64,000 bases of DNA from Armatimonadota bacterium. Its GTDB lineage: Bacteria; Armatimonadota; SYMT01. The stretch's first letter is position 1, and every line of letters starts with the position of its first letter. The notes beneath the pieces were generated by a model that worked only from the letters and a program-made list of their open reading frames with translations, ran no database searches and had not been told where the DNA came from. Shown one piece after another: positions 1-10,196 of the stretch. A program made the translations under genes and the position numbers. The stretch is from positions 1-64,000 of the forward strand of contig JAWLHY010000012.1 of NCBI GenBank assembly GCA_041690135.1, written 5' to 3'.

Positions 1-127
1 GGTAGAGCGCTCCCGTGGGGGAGCTCTACAAGCAAACTCCACTCGGTTTCCCTGGAGCGCGGAGGCGGTGCGTGTCGTCGGTATCTGGTTGTCAACCCCG
101 GTCGGGGCTCAAAGCATCAGGACCGTT

Positions 128-156
128 ATCTTATCCGATCCTTAATTCGCTGTCAA
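128..156 (-). promoter_or_regulatory. sigma70-type promoter (leftmost of three), firing leftward
   Basis: Minus strand TTGACA (151-156), 17-nt spacer, TAAGAT (128-133). Confidence 0.8.
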
Positions 157-230
157 GAAGCTTTTTCGGAAGTTCCCTTCCGGCCGGCCTCTTTCCGGCG
201 GCTTCCGGGGTTCTCCCCGTCGGCTCCCGT

Positions 231-259
231 ATCTTACTCGGAGCCTCTCCGGCTGTCAA
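231..259 (-). promoter_or_regulatory. sigma70-type promoter (middle), firing leftward
   Basis: Minus strand TTGACA (254-259), 17 nt, TAAGAT (231-236). Confidence 0.8.
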
Positions 260-391
260 GAGCGCTTTTTCGCGGGCTGGTTTGCACGCTACTCCGGCCC
301 CTTTCGGCCTGCCGGGGTTTCCGGGTCCTCGCTTCCGCGGGACCGGGCTCTCCCGGTGTCTACCCACCCCGAGGGGCCAGCGGACTTGCAT

Positions 392-420
392 ATATTACAG
401 GAGGGTGATCCGGTTGTCAA
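392..420 (-). promoter_or_regulatory. sigma70-type promoter (rightmost), firing leftward
   Basis: Minus strand TTGACA (415-420), 17 nt, TAATAT (392-397). Confidence 0.8.
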
Positions 421-651
421 CACTTATGTTTTATGTTTTCAACCGTACCGTCACGGCCGATGTGGCCGCTCCCCTGTGAGACCCGCAGCTTACTCCGGCG
501 CTTCTTCCGAGTCAATCCCCTTTTGCAGTTAATTCAGGCCGATATGATGTCCGTCCCGGAAGGAGTGAAGGGCACACTCGTCCAATTGAGGCCTGACATG
601 TCAGGTGATATGTCACGGGCGTCTGCACGCGCAGGAGGGGATGAAAAGGTG

Positions 652-1293
652 ATGGTGCCCGAGGGCTCGCTGGCACAGAAGGCATACGAGCACATCCTGC
701 ACCAGCTGATGACGCAGGGGCTGGGGGCGGGAGAGTGGGTCGACCGACGCACCGTCGCCGCGGAGCTGCGGATCAGCCTGGCCCCGGTAAGCGAGGCAAT
801 TCGCCAACTGGAGACTGAAGGGTTTCTGGAGTGCATTCCCCGCCGGGGGACGCAGGTACGGGTTCCCAGGCTGGAGGAGCTGCGGGGCCAACTGCTGCTA
901 CGGGAAGCACTGGAGGCCCAGGCTGCGCGGCTCTACTGCGGCACTCCTTTGCGGGCACACCGAGAGGCATTGGAGCCTCTCCTTAGCGAGTTAGATGAGA
1001 GTTCGCGCTCCCTTGCGGCGAAGAGGAACGACCTGACGCTGCATCGTGCGTTGGTAGAGCTTGCGGGGTGCCCGGTCCTCACGCTGCATTTCGAGCAGGT
1101 CATGAGAATGAGCTTGTTTCTCGCCGTGGACCGCTTTACAGCACTGCTTCCGGAGGTGGAGAGCGATAGCCACCGGAGCCTCATCGACGACCTTTGCATC
1201 GCCACGCCCGAGGAAGCGGACGCCCGGGTCCGCCGACACATCCGCCTGGGTAAGGAAGTCCTTTTCGAGAGGGATTGGAGATCACGGTTATGA
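652..1293 (+). CDS. GntR family transcriptional regulator (FCD type)
   Basis: wHTH motif LAQKAYEHI...ISLAPVSEAIRQLETEGFLECIPRRGTQV plus FCD-like C-terminus; start uncertain; ATGA overlap with the next gene. Confidence 0.85.
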   Translation: MVPEGSLAQKAYEHILHQLMTQGLGAGEWVDRRTVAAELRISLAPVSEAIRQLETEGFLECIPRRGTQVRVPRLEELRGQLLLREALEAQAARLYCGTPLRAHREALEPLLSELDESSRSLAAKRNDLTLHRALVELAGCPVLTLHFEQVMRMSLFLAVDRFTALLPEVESDSHRSLIDDLCIATPEEADARVRRHIRLGKEVLFERDWRSRL

Positions 1294-3662
1294 TGGCCCG
1301 ACTACTTGCTCTCGCTCTGACTTGCTGCGCGCTGGCGGGATATGCGGCGCAACCCTCCATGGAGAAGCCGGTCATGGAAAAGATCAATCTCTTCGACGCG
1401 GGCAAAGAGGGTTACGCCCTTTACCGGATCCCCGGAGTGGTGGTGACGGCGAAGGGGTCGGTGCTCGCCTACTGCGAGGCGCGGCGCACGGGCAAGACCG
1501 ACTGGGACACCATCGACGTCATGCTCCGGCGCTCCACCGACGGGGGCAAGACCTGGAGCCCGCGCCGCAAGATCGCCGACGTGCCGGGTCCCAAAAAGAA
1601 GAACCCGGTAGCCGTGGCCCAGAAGCTCGCGAACCCGGACGACGTGACCTACAACAACGCGGTTGCCATCGCGGACCGGGACGGCGCGGTCCACTTCCTC
1701 TTCTGCCTGGAGTATGCCCGCTGCTTCTACATGCGCAGCGACGACGACGGGCAGACGTTCTCCGCGCCGGTGGAGATCACCGCGACGTTTGAGCGGTTCC
1801 GGCCGGAGTACTCCTGGAAGGTGCTGGCCACGGGTCCCGGACACGGGATCCAGCTCCGAAACGGACGATTGCTGGTCCCCGTCTGGCTTTCCACCGGGAC
1901 CGGTGGTCACGCGCACCGGCCCTCGGTGACCTCCGTGATCTACAGCGACGACCACGGCAAGACCTGGGAGCGCGGGGAAATCGCCGTGCCGAACACCTCC
2001 GAGTGGATCTTCCCGAACGAGACCACCGCCGTGGAACTGGAAGATGGCCGGGTGATGCTGAACGTGCGCACGGAGGCGAAGGCGAACCGGCGACTGGTGA
2101 CGATCAGCCCCGACGGCGCGACGCGGTGGTCCACGCCCCGTTTCGACGACCAGCTCCTGGAGCCGATCTGCATGGGCAGCCTGGCACGGCTCACGACACG
2201 CCGCGAGGGGGGACGGGGCCGGCTGCTCTTCTCCAACCCCTACAATCTCAGCCGCGCCGACGGCAAGGAAGCACCGGGGGGAGGCCGCGATCGCAAGAAC
2301 GTCTCGATCCAGATGAGCTACGACGAGGGTCGCACCTGGACAGTGCGGAAGTCGCTCGAGCCGGGCTTCAGCGGCTACTCCGACCTGGCGGTCCTTCCCG
2401 ACGGAACAATCCTCTGCTTCTACGAACGCGGCAGCACCGACGAGAAGACCAGCTACAAGACCGCGCACCTCACCCTGGCCCGGTTCAATCTCGAATGGCT
2501 TACCGATGGACGGGATTCGCTGGCGCCAGTGGGCAGAAGGCAGAAGGCAGAAGGCAGTGTGCAGAAGGCGGTAGGCAGTGGGGTGGAACGCGGAAGTCGG
2601 AACTCGGAACTCGGAACTCCAGAGCAGGTTGATGTCTTCCGCCGGGGGGAGGACGGTTACCACACGTTCCGCATTCCGGCGGTGATCGGAACCCCGAAGG
2701 GGGACCTGCTGGCCTTCTGCGAGGCGCGCAAGGAGGGCGGGGGCGACAGCGGCAACATCGATACCGTGCTGAAGCGAAGCCGGGACGGGGGCAAAACCTG
2801 GGGGCCGCTGGAAGTGGTGTGGGATGATGGTCCGAACACGGTCGGCAACCCCTGTCCGGTGGTGGACCGTGACACCGGCACGATCTGGCTGCCGCTGACC
2901 CGCAACCTGGGGGAGGACAACGAGCGCGCCATCAAGGCCCGCACCGCCAAAGGCTCCCGCGAGGTGTGGGTCACCCACAGCAAGGACGATGGGAAGACCT
3001 GGGCGAAACCGGTGGAGATCACCGCTACTACCAAGGCGCCCGACTGGACCTGGTATGCCACGGGGCCTGGCGTGGGGATCCAGCTCCGCTCCGGCCGGCT
3101 GGTGATCCCGTGCGACCACGCCGAGGCCGGCACCGTGATGTACCGCTCCCACGTCATCTACAGCGACGACCACGGTAAGACCTGGAAGCGCAGCGGCCCC
3201 ATCGGTGACTACACCAACGAGTGCCAGGTGATCGAGCGCGCCGACGGATCTCTCCTGATGAACATGCGGAGCTACCACAAACAGAACCGTCGCGCCCTCT
3301 CCGTCAGCCGGGACGGCGGGGTGACCTGGTCCGAAGTCACGCTGGACCCGGCTCTCATCGAGCCGGTCTGCCAGGCGAGCCTGCTCAAGTACCCCGGCCC
3401 CAGGGGGCGGAAGTCGCGCGAGGTACTGTTCTCCAACCCCGCCAGCACCAGGCGGGAGAAGCTGACCGTGCGCTTCAGCCCAGACGACGGCGCCACCTGG
3501 ACGGCCGCCCGCGAGCTCCACGCCGGCCCCGCCGCTTACTCGTGCCTGGTCACTTTGGGGGACGGGGTGATCGGCTGCCTCTACGAGCGCGGCGATCAGA
3601 ACCCCTACGAGAAGGTAACCTTCGCTCGCTTCACCCGTGGATGGCTGATTGGGAGAGACTGA
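1290..3662 (+). CDS. Secreted tandem two-domain sialidase-like (GH33/BNR) protein
   Basis: Signal peptide; two propellers, each with YRIP/FRIP, several Asp boxes SxDxGxTW and a GYS/AYS tyrosine motif. Confidence 0.9.
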   Translation: MMARLLALALTCCALAGYAAQPSMEKPVMEKINLFDAGKEGYALYRIPGVVVTAKGSVLAYCEARRTGKTDWDTIDVMLRRSTDGGKTWSPRRKIADVPGPKKKNPVAVAQKLANPDDVTYNNAVAIADRDGAVHFLFCLEYARCFYMRSDDDGQTFSAPVEITATFERFRPEYSWKVLATGPGHGIQLRNGRLLVPVWLSTGTGGHAHRPSVTSVIYSDDHGKTWERGEIAVPNTSEWIFPNETTAVELEDGRVMLNVRTEAKANRRLVTISPDGATRWSTPRFDDQLLEPICMGSLARLTTRREGGRGRLLFSNPYNLSRADGKEAPGGGRDRKNVSIQMSYDEGRTWTVRKSLEPGFSGYSDLAVLPDGTILCFYERGSTDEKTSYKTAHLTLARFNLEWLTDGRDSLAPVGRRQKAEGSVQKAVGSGVERGSRNSELGTPEQVDVFRRGEDGYHTFRIPAVIGTPKGDLLAFCEARKEGGGDSGNIDTVLKRSRDGGKTWGPLEVVWDDGPNTVGNPCPVVDRDTGTIWLPLTRNLGEDNERAIKARTAKGSREVWVTHSKDDGKTWAKPVEITATTKAPDWTWYATGPGVGIQLRSGRLVIPCDHAEAGTVMYRSHVIYSDDHGKTWKRSGPIGDYTNECQVIERADGSLLMNMRSYHKQNRRALSVSRDGGVTWSEVTLDPALIEPVCQASLLKYPGPRGRKSREVLFSNPASTRREKLTVRFSPDDGATWTAARELHAGPAAYSCLVTLGDGVIGCLYERGDQNPYEKVTFARFTRGWLIGRD
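2532..2618 (+). repeat. Heptamer tandem repeats (GGCAGAA-like x7, CGGAACT-like x4) in the sialidase linker
   Basis: Visible 7-nt periodicity at 2532-2580 and 2591-2618. Confidence 0.85.
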
Positions 3663-3692
3663 TTTCACCGCAGAGACGCTGAGGACGCCGAG
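3663..3692 (+). repeat. Intergenic repeat of the TTCACC-RCRGAGAC family
   Basis: tttcaccgcagagacgctgaggacgccgag resembles 58428-58451 and 21809-21838. Confidence 0.5.
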
Positions 3693-3868
3693 GGAAGAAG
3701 GGGGAGCGGGCGGAGGAGAAGAAACATCCGAAACCAACGAACTCAGTCTTGACCTGCGGTCGATAGGCCCTCACCTTCGTTTTGCTGGGCTGCATTACGC
3801 CCGGCCGAACGTGGCAAGATTATTGCGAGGATCACCTGCCGTGGGGGATTCCGATTCGAGGTGGCGGA

Positions 3869-4654
3869 ATGGCAAGTCCCTTTCCGGGAATGGATCCCTA
3901 TCTTGAGACCGGGCATCTTTCGCACACGGTCCACACTCACCTGGTGGTACATATCTGCGAAGACCTCCAGCCGCAGGTTTTGCCGCGCTATGTCGCCAGT
4001 TCGGAAGAGCGGGTTCTGGTCGGACCGTTGGAAGAGGGGATCGAGCCCGAGGTGGGCGTACGCGAGCCGGCACGCTGGATCGGCGGCGGTGCGGCCACCG
4101 CGGTTCGTGCTTCCGATGAGGAGATTGCCGTTCCCAATCGGGTTTTCATCCCGGAGTTGAGTTCGCCGGAACGCTTCGTCACGATCCGGGATACCCGCAG
4201 CCATGAGATCATCACTGCAATCGAGATTCTAAGTCCCTGGAACAAGGGGGGTGGTTACGAAGACTACCGGGCGAAGCAGCGGGAGTATCTCCACAGTCGT
4301 GCCAATCTCGTCGAGATCGATCTGCTCCGGGCCGGCCGGCACACGGTAGCGGTCCCTTCCGAGCGATCCACACCCTCGGACTACCGGATCTGCATCCACC
4401 GGGCGGGCAGCCCGGAGTTCGAGGTGATCCCGCTCCGTATCCGGGACCCATTGCCGAACTTTTACATTCCCCTGCGCCGGAGCGACGCCGATGTGGTCCT
4501 GCATTTAGGTCGCGTCTTTCAGCGCGTTTTCGATGGCGGAGGGTATCTGTTCAAGGCGGAATATGAGGCTCCGCCCGAGCCGCCCCTTGCCCCCGAGGAC
4601 GCCCAGTGGGCGGACACGCTGCTCCGGGAGCATGGCTTGCAACCGGGAGGGTGA
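3869..4654 (+). CDS. DUF4058 family protein (PD-(D/E)XK-like)
   Basis: Diagnostic N-terminus MASPFPGMDPYLE; IEILSPWNK; LVEIDLLR. Confidence 0.85.
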   Translation: MASPFPGMDPYLETGHLSHTVHTHLVVHICEDLQPQVLPRYVASSEERVLVGPLEEGIEPEVGVREPARWIGGGAATAVRASDEEIAVPNRVFIPELSSPERFVTIRDTRSHEIITAIEILSPWNKGGGYEDYRAKQREYLHSRANLVEIDLLRAGRHTVAVPSERSTPSDYRICIHRAGSPEFEVIPLRIRDPLPNFYIPLRRSDADVVLHLGRVFQRVFDGGGYLFKAEYEAPPEPPLAPEDAQWADTLLREHGLQPGG

Positions 4655-4710
4655 GGGCTGTGTGGTGACGAACTGCAGCCTGTCAACCGGTTTGGGATGC
4701 GACAGGCGGC

Positions 4711-5244
4711 ATGTTTACCCTACGGCTCGCGACACCTGCGGACATTCCGGAGCTCAACTCGCTGATCGAGGCCTCGGTGAGGGGGTTGAGCGTAGGGTAC
4801 TACACCGGATCGCAGATCGAGAGCGCCCTGCGCTACGTCTTTGGGCCGGATACCCAGCTCATCGCCGACGGAACCTACTACGTCATCACCCATCCGGAGG
4901 GCCGTCTGGTAGCCTGCGGGGGCTGGAGTCGCCGGAAGACCCTCTACGGCGGCGACCAGATGAAAGAGGCGGAGGACCCGTTGTTGGACCCGCGGACGGA
5001 GGCGGCGCGTGTCCGAGCGTTTTTCGTGCATCCCGCGTGGGCGCGGCGGGGCCTGGGCCGGCGGCTTTTCGAGCGGTGCCTGTCTGATGCCGCCGTTGCC
5101 GGGTTTCGGATGCTGGAATTGATGGCGACCCTGCCGGGAGAGCCGCTCTACCAGTCCCTCGGATTTGTCGCCCAGGAACGCACTGAGGCCTCGCTTCCGG
5201 ATGGCGAAACGCTCCCCGTGGTGCGGATGACCCGATCCATGTGA
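4711..5244 (+). CDS. GNAT family N-acetyltransferase
   Basis: FFVHPAWARRGLGR acetyl-CoA motif; ATLPGEPLY. Confidence 0.9.
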   Translation: MFTLRLATPADIPELNSLIEASVRGLSVGYYTGSQIESALRYVFGPDTQLIADGTYYVITHPEGRLVACGGWSRRKTLYGGDQMKEAEDPLLDPRTEAARVRAFFVHPAWARRGLGRRLFERCLSDAAVAGFRMLELMATLPGEPLYQSLGFVAQERTEASLPDGETLPVVRMTRSM

Positions 5245-5296
5245 GATTCAGCGCAGCTCGCCGCCGAACTCCCGCCTGTATCGAGGATGAACTTCA

Positions 5297-6292
5297 ATGC
5301 CCGACTCGCAGCAGATCGACATGTCCGGCCTCTGCCTCGCTCCGGACCTGACCTTCGGGTGTATCCGGCTCCGAAATGCGGACTCCCTTCCCCTCTCGGG
5401 AATCTTTGTGACGGCCTCCGGCAGCGAGGCTTCGATCACGTTTACGGGCGATAACCCAAAACCGTGGGACAAACACACCCTCGTTTCGGTGCGGATGTTC
5501 AACCTGCCGGACGAGCAGGCCGAGTTCCAACGGTTGATCGAGTGGTTCGGCAGGAACCGTCAGGAACGAGCCCGCCTTCCGGAGAGAGTCGCCTTCAACA
5601 CCGCGACGCTGGCGGTCCGCGAGGCTTCGGACGTGTGGGAGCACGAGGCGTTCCCCCGCTCCGGCCGCGACTTCATCCACGTCTACCGGACGGCGCGGCA
5701 GGGGGTTCTGATCCGCTGGATGGGCAAATCGGGGACCATCCTGGATAACCCGGTGATCCGGGGTATTCACGAGAATCTCAGTCTGGTGGAAGGCCAGTGG
5801 GTCCAGGAGTTTCCGGTCGTGCAGAGGCGCGAACCCTCGGCCGCGAGGGCGACAGAATCCCCGCTACCACCGGAGCTGGAGGCGCAGGTCGAAGCAGCGG
5901 CCACCCGCGCCCGCGAGCGGCTGAACCTGGAACCGACCGCCAGCCCGCAGCAAACTGCGGAAGCCATCCACCGGGTTCTGGACGAGATCCGCAGCCGCCC
6001 ACGCCTGTCTGCGGACGAAAAGCAGCAGATTGCGATCGACCTCGGCGCGCTGTGGGGGAACGCCCTGTGCGCCGCGGCCGGGTGGGAGTGGTGCAGCGTG
6101 TCCCCGGAGCCGGACCGGGAGGTCCCCGCGGTCTGCAGTCCCACCCGGTCCCACGCGGTCGATCCACTCCAGGTTGCTTACGCCATCCTGGAGTCGAAGA
6201 GTGGGACCAACAACTCGCTGCTGCTCTTCAACATGATCGTGGCGGGCGACGTGCCGGTCGCGGCGGAAGGGGCCTATTCCTGGCTGAGTTGA
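5297..6292 (+). CDS. Hypothetical protein with DUF3806-like C-terminus; paralog of 30746-31717
   Basis: LGALWGNAL...WEW motif; collinear similarity to the second copy. Confidence 0.65.
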   Translation: MPDSQQIDMSGLCLAPDLTFGCIRLRNADSLPLSGIFVTASGSEASITFTGDNPKPWDKHTLVSVRMFNLPDEQAEFQRLIEWFGRNRQERARLPERVAFNTATLAVREASDVWEHEAFPRSGRDFIHVYRTARQGVLIRWMGKSGTILDNPVIRGIHENLSLVEGQWVQEFPVVQRREPSAARATESPLPPELEAQVEAAATRARERLNLEPTASPQQTAEAIHRVLDEIRSRPRLSADEKQQIAIDLGALWGNALCAAAGWEWCSVSPEPDREVPAVCSPTRSHAVDPLQVAYAILESKSGTNNSLLLFNMIVAGDVPVAAEGAYSWLS

Positions 6293-6463
6293 GTGGTTTG
6301 AGCACTCTCTTGCGGGGCATCCTCTGAGAGATACGGCTGTAATCGCCGCCTCGGTCGCTGGGCGCACCGGCTGCCGGCGAGAAGCCATGCCAGAGTGGAC
6401 CCTGGAGGGACAGGCCGTCCAGGGGTTGAGTTCCCAGAGCTCCCCGAAGACAGGAGGAGACGT

Positions 6464-7231
6464 ATGTTCACCTTCGAGCCAGCGCGCGTGACCGAGGTCG
6501 CTCCGGACCTGTTTCAGATCTGCCTCTACACCTCCGACATCGACCTTCAGTTCAACCACTTCCTCGTCCGGGATGAGCAGCCGCTGCTGTTCACCACGGG
6601 CCTCCGGTCCAGCTTTCCCCTTCTGCGGGACGCGGTCGCCCGGGTTCTCGACCCGGCGCGGATCCGGTGGGTCGGCTTCAGCCACTTCGAGTCGGACGAA
6701 TGCGGCGCGCTGAACTACTGGCTGGAGGCCGCGCCCCACGCGGAGCCGGTGTGTAGTTTCGTGGGGGCGATGGTGAACGTGAACGACTTCGCGATCCGCC
6801 CGGCCCGGGCGATGACGGACGGCGAGGTGCTCCCGACGGGCCAGTACCGGTTCCGCTTCTACTCGACCGCGCAGCTTCCCCACGGTTGGGATGCCGGCGT
6901 GCTGTTCGAGGAAACGGAGCGCACCTTGCTCTGCTCGGACCTGTTTCATCACGACGGCAACGTCGAGCCGCTCACCCACGCCGACATATGCGAGCGCGCC
7001 CGCGCCGCCATCGGCCGGATGCAGGCCGGCCCGCTGGCGAACTACCTCCCGTACACGCCCCAGACGGAAGGCATTCTCCACACCCTGGCCGAACTGCAGC
7101 CGAAGACCCTGGCCCTGATGCATGGCTCGAGCTTTGCGGGCGACGGGGAGCGAGCCTTCCGCGATCTGGCGGTGGTGATGCGCGAGATGCTCGGAGAACC
7201 ACCGCTCAAGACCGCCGGTGGCATGCCGTAA
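6464..7231 (+). CDS. MBL-fold protein (ODP/FprA-like di-iron domain)
   Basis: [24 protein letters not shown] motifs; AGGAGG RBS. Confidence 0.85.
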   Translation: MFTFEPARVTEVAPDLFQICLYTSDIDLQFNHFLVRDEQPLLFTTGLRSSFPLLRDAVARVLDPARIRWVGFSHFESDECGALNYWLEAAPHAEPVCSFVGAMVNVNDFAIRPARAMTDGEVLPTGQYRFRFYSTAQLPHGWDAGVLFEETERTLLCSDLFHHDGNVEPLTHADICERARAAIGRMQAGPLANYLPYTPQTEGILHTLAELQPKTLALMHGSSFAGDGERAFRDLAVVMREMLGEPPLKTAGGMP

Positions 7232-7326
7232 CCGACGGCCGTTAGCGGACTCCCCAGCCGTAAAGAAGAATGAGCATTCCCCCGGATGGGGAGACCAGTC
7301 GACTGTTCGTAAACGGCAGGATACTG

Positions 7327-8445
7327 CTAGCGGGCACCACCTCGTCGGAAGAGTGCTCGGACTGAGAGCTCGGAATGTGGGGCTAATCGCCACACCTCAA
7401 ACCCTGCGTGATGTGCTCCCACCAGCAGCGTTCCGTCCGGAGACAGTGCCACGTGCCGGTAGTCTTCCTTGGTGTCGCAGGTCGCCAGGAGACGTCCGGT
7501 TCCGAAATCGAAGACTTTGGCGCCACGCTCATTCGCAATGCCCAAGAGTTGCCCACTTCTGGCGATTGAAAGCCCGAAGGGGGCCCAACAACCGGTATCG
7601 ATGCGCTTTACCTGCTTACCACTTAGGGCGTCCCACACCGCTACCACTCCGTCCCCTCCTTCACCCGCCACATATCTGCCATCTGGCGTGAAGGCCATCT
7701 GATCGGCGGTCACCCGAAAGACGTGATGTCCTGAGGTTGGTCTCACGAACGATAGTCTCCTGGACCCTGATTTCCTTTCGGCGTGATATCCGAGGAGTGA
7801 TCCATCCGGCGAGAAACCCTTCACGGAGTATGCCGGCCGCAGCCGGGTAACGACCTTCCAAGTCGCGGTATTCCGAACCGTCAACTCGGATGTCTTCGGT
7901 GATACAGACGCGAGCCATGCCCCATCTGGGGAGAGGGCAGCGGCAGGCGACTCGCCGGCTTCCACCGCATCCAAGGCAATCTGCTGCGTAATCTTCCAGG
8001 TGCGTGTATCCCAGATCTTTGCGGTCGCACCGATGCCTAGGGTAAGGAGCCTCCGGCCGTCACGCGTAGATCCGCAGAGTCGTTGAACCCGCGGGATCGT
8101 GCGAATCGGCCGCTCCCAGTGACCGGTAGCCCAGACTTCCGCACGGACAGGATCATTGCTCGGGATAAAGCGATCTCGGGATACACGGATCAAGTAGCGG
8201 CCATCCCGGGTGAACTGCTGATCGTCCGAAACCCTATCTGCGTCCAGGACGGCCCAAGTCACCATGTCTCGCGACAGCCCGATCTGCAAGATCCGGACTG
8301 AAGCCAGTAGGGTACCCAGGAGTAAAGCGAGTACCAGAAATCGGAGGAAGGGGCGATACACTGGAGCGACATCCGTTGGCGGCTGTTGGCCACACTCAAT
8401 CAAGGCAGCTTTTCGCGTGGTCATCAAATAACAATGCGGAGGCAC
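7327..8445 (-). CDS. WD40/beta-propeller membrane-anchored protein
   Basis: Repeated SPDG/TPDG...WD units and an N-terminal TM segment; start uncertain. Confidence 0.75.
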   Translation of the reverse strand: MPPHCYLMTTRKAALIECGQQPPTDVAPVYRPFLRFLVLALLLGTLLASVRILQIGLSRDMVTWAVLDADRVSDDQQFTRDGRYLIRVSRDRFIPSNDPVRAEVWATGHWERPIRTIPRVQRLCGSTRDGRRLLTLGIGATAKIWDTRTWKITQQIALDAVEAGESPAAALSPDGAWLASVSPKTSELTVRNTATWKVVTRLRPAYSVKGFSPDGSLLGYHAERKSGSRRLSFVRPTSGHHVFRVTADQMAFTPDGRYVAGEGGDGVVAVWDALSGKQVKRIDTGCWAPFGLSIARSGQLLGIANERGAKVFDFGTGRLLATCDTKEDYRHVALSPDGTLLVGAHHAGFEVWRLAPHSELSVRALFRRGGAR

Positions 8446-8508
8446 CTAACGAAGACTATTTAAGCGGGGGCTCTCCGCACACCTCTTCCAGAAAAGGCTC
8501 CACCTGCA

Positions 8509-8850
8509 ATGCCGATCGTTCCGCCGCATGGGTCCAAGAGCGCCCCATTCAATTTGCCGGTATCAATCCTGGCTGCCGCCGGGATGCTCGCGGTTGGCCT
8601 GGTCGTAATGGCTTTCCTGATAGGATCGGGGGTAACCCTTCGCCCGGCCAACTTCCCCGGCATCGGCATGGGCACCAACGTGGGCAGTGGCTATTCACTC
8701 GGACTTGGCTGGGTTGTAGAGGCACGCTGGGACGGGAGTGTACGGGTAGCGTACGGCATCCTGGCCTTCTGGGCTTACGTCGCGGTGATGCTGTGCCTCT
8801 TACTCCTGTCGCCAGCAGAGTGGGCATTCCGGCGCGGAAGGAGACCGTGA
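8509..8850 (+). CDS. Small membrane hypothetical protein
   Basis: Two hydrophobic segments. Confidence 0.5.
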   Translation: MPIVPPHGSKSAPFNLPVSILAAAGMLAVGLVVMAFLIGSGVTLRPANFPGIGMGTNVGSGYSLGLGWVVEARWDGSVRVAYGILAFWAYVAVMLCLLLLSPAEWAFRRGRRP

Positions 8851-8921
8851 CACTGTGGCAACTTGCGAGACAGCCAGTGTAGGCCGAAGTCTCTCTTGCA
8901 AGCTAACCTGAACGGCAGGAG

Positions 8922-9158
8922 GTGGCGCCTGTGTCCCGACAAAGCAAGCATTCGTCATGGCTCGGTCGTGCCGAATGGGTCTTCCCGCTCCGGGGGAGGT
9001 GGAGGAGATATCTTCTCTTACTATTGGGCAGTGCCGGATTGCTCTGGCTGTGGATGACCCTCCCGAACCCGCGCAACGTCGACCCGTTCCCCCTCGATCC
9101 CGCTGCTCTTGGCTCCTGGCATGGTCCGGGCAAGCCCTACCAGTTCCAAAACCTGTAA
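8922..9158 (+). CDS. Small membrane hypothetical protein
   Basis: GGAG RBS before GTG; one TM segment. Confidence 0.4.
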   Translation: MAPVSRQSKHSSWLGRAEWVFPLRGRWRRYLLLLLGSAGLLWLWMTLPNPRNVDPFPLDPAALGSWHGPGKPYQFQNL

Positions 9159-9264
9159 TGATGGGAGATGTTTAGCAAAGCGGCGTGTTACCCCGAAAAA
9201 GGAGGCGTTTCCGCCAGGTGAGTCCGGCGGGATCTGACCTGCTGTTCCGTGAGGCCCAACGTCG

Positions 9265-9780
9265 ATGGCTATCCTGGTCCTTCAAGAAGTGGTTACGAAC
9301 TGGGGTAAGGACCAGCGCGGCGGGGAAGGGGCTGCGCTCCGGAACCGCACCCCGAATGTGGCGCCCCTACCGCTCAACCAGATCACCGAGAGGCGGTATA
9401 CGTCTCTCCACCACGCATACTGGTTCGGAGGCGAGGCTTCCCAGGTTGTTCACAACTGCCTCTCAACCGACCCCCCGGTTGGGGCGAAAAAGGACCGCTG
9501 CTTCACGCTGGATCTGCAGCCAAAGGAAGTACGGGTCCAGTTTGCCTGGAATTCCCGCTGCGGAGCACCCCGGCGCGAATGGGCACAGGCCGAGTTGATT
9601 GCTCCACTCGACCGCTGGGTCCAGATGGTCTACAACGGCCGGCATTCCGGAAACTATAACGGCAGGTGGTACTACACACGCCGAGCGATCAACGTAGGGC
9701 TGTTCAGCAGCCTCTCGGAAGACCTGTTCACCGGGACCGAGCCGGTAGATCGCTACAGCCTCATCAGTTCCCTCAGGTGA
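9265..9780 (+). CDS. Hypothetical protein
   Basis: Protein-like composition, co-oriented with neighbours. Confidence 0.65.
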   Translation: MAILVLQEVVTNWGKDQRGGEGAALRNRTPNVAPLPLNQITERRYTSLHHAYWFGGEASQVVHNCLSTDPPVGAKKDRCFTLDLQPKEVRVQFAWNSRCGAPRREWAQAELIAPLDRWVQMVYNGRHSGNYNGRWYYTRRAINVGLFSSLSEDLFTGTEPVDRYSLISSLR

Positions 9781-9974
9781 GATCCCGCACAAACCCACGG
9801 GGCGGCCAGCCGTTTAGTGAGCGGGGTCATAAGACTGGCGTGGAATCCGTACGACAGTTGTGGAGAGAACCGCGGAGAGCCAATCTACCCTCAGGCTCCA
9901 CTGCGCCGGGGCGCGAACACAAGAATGGTTCAACGAAGTAGTAGAACATCCCAACCTTCAGTTAAACTCAGGAC

Positions 9975-10196
9975 ATGGACTACCAGAAGATACTAACGAT
10001 TGAACCGGGCAAGCGGGGTGGCAAGCCCTGCATTCGCGGCATGCGCATCACGGTCTACGACGTGTTGTCCTACCTTGCAGCCGGAATGACCCAGGAAGAG
10101 ATTCTGGCGGACTTCCCCTACCTGACGAAGGAGGACATTCTTGCCTGCCTGAGTTACGCGGCCGACCGGGAACGGCAGGTAATGATTGCCGGATGA
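9975..10196 (+). CDS. DUF433 family antitoxin
   Basis: GKRGGKPCIRGMRITV...EEILADFPYLT.EDI.ACL.YAA. Confidence 0.9.
   Translation: MDYQKILTIEPGKRGGKPCIRGMRITVYDVLSYLAAGMTQEEILADFPYLTKEDILACLSYAADRERQVMIAG

Noticed and set aside
1302-3737. 811-aa minus-strand ORF
   Set aside because: Antisense shadow of the GC-rich sialidase gene; no motifs
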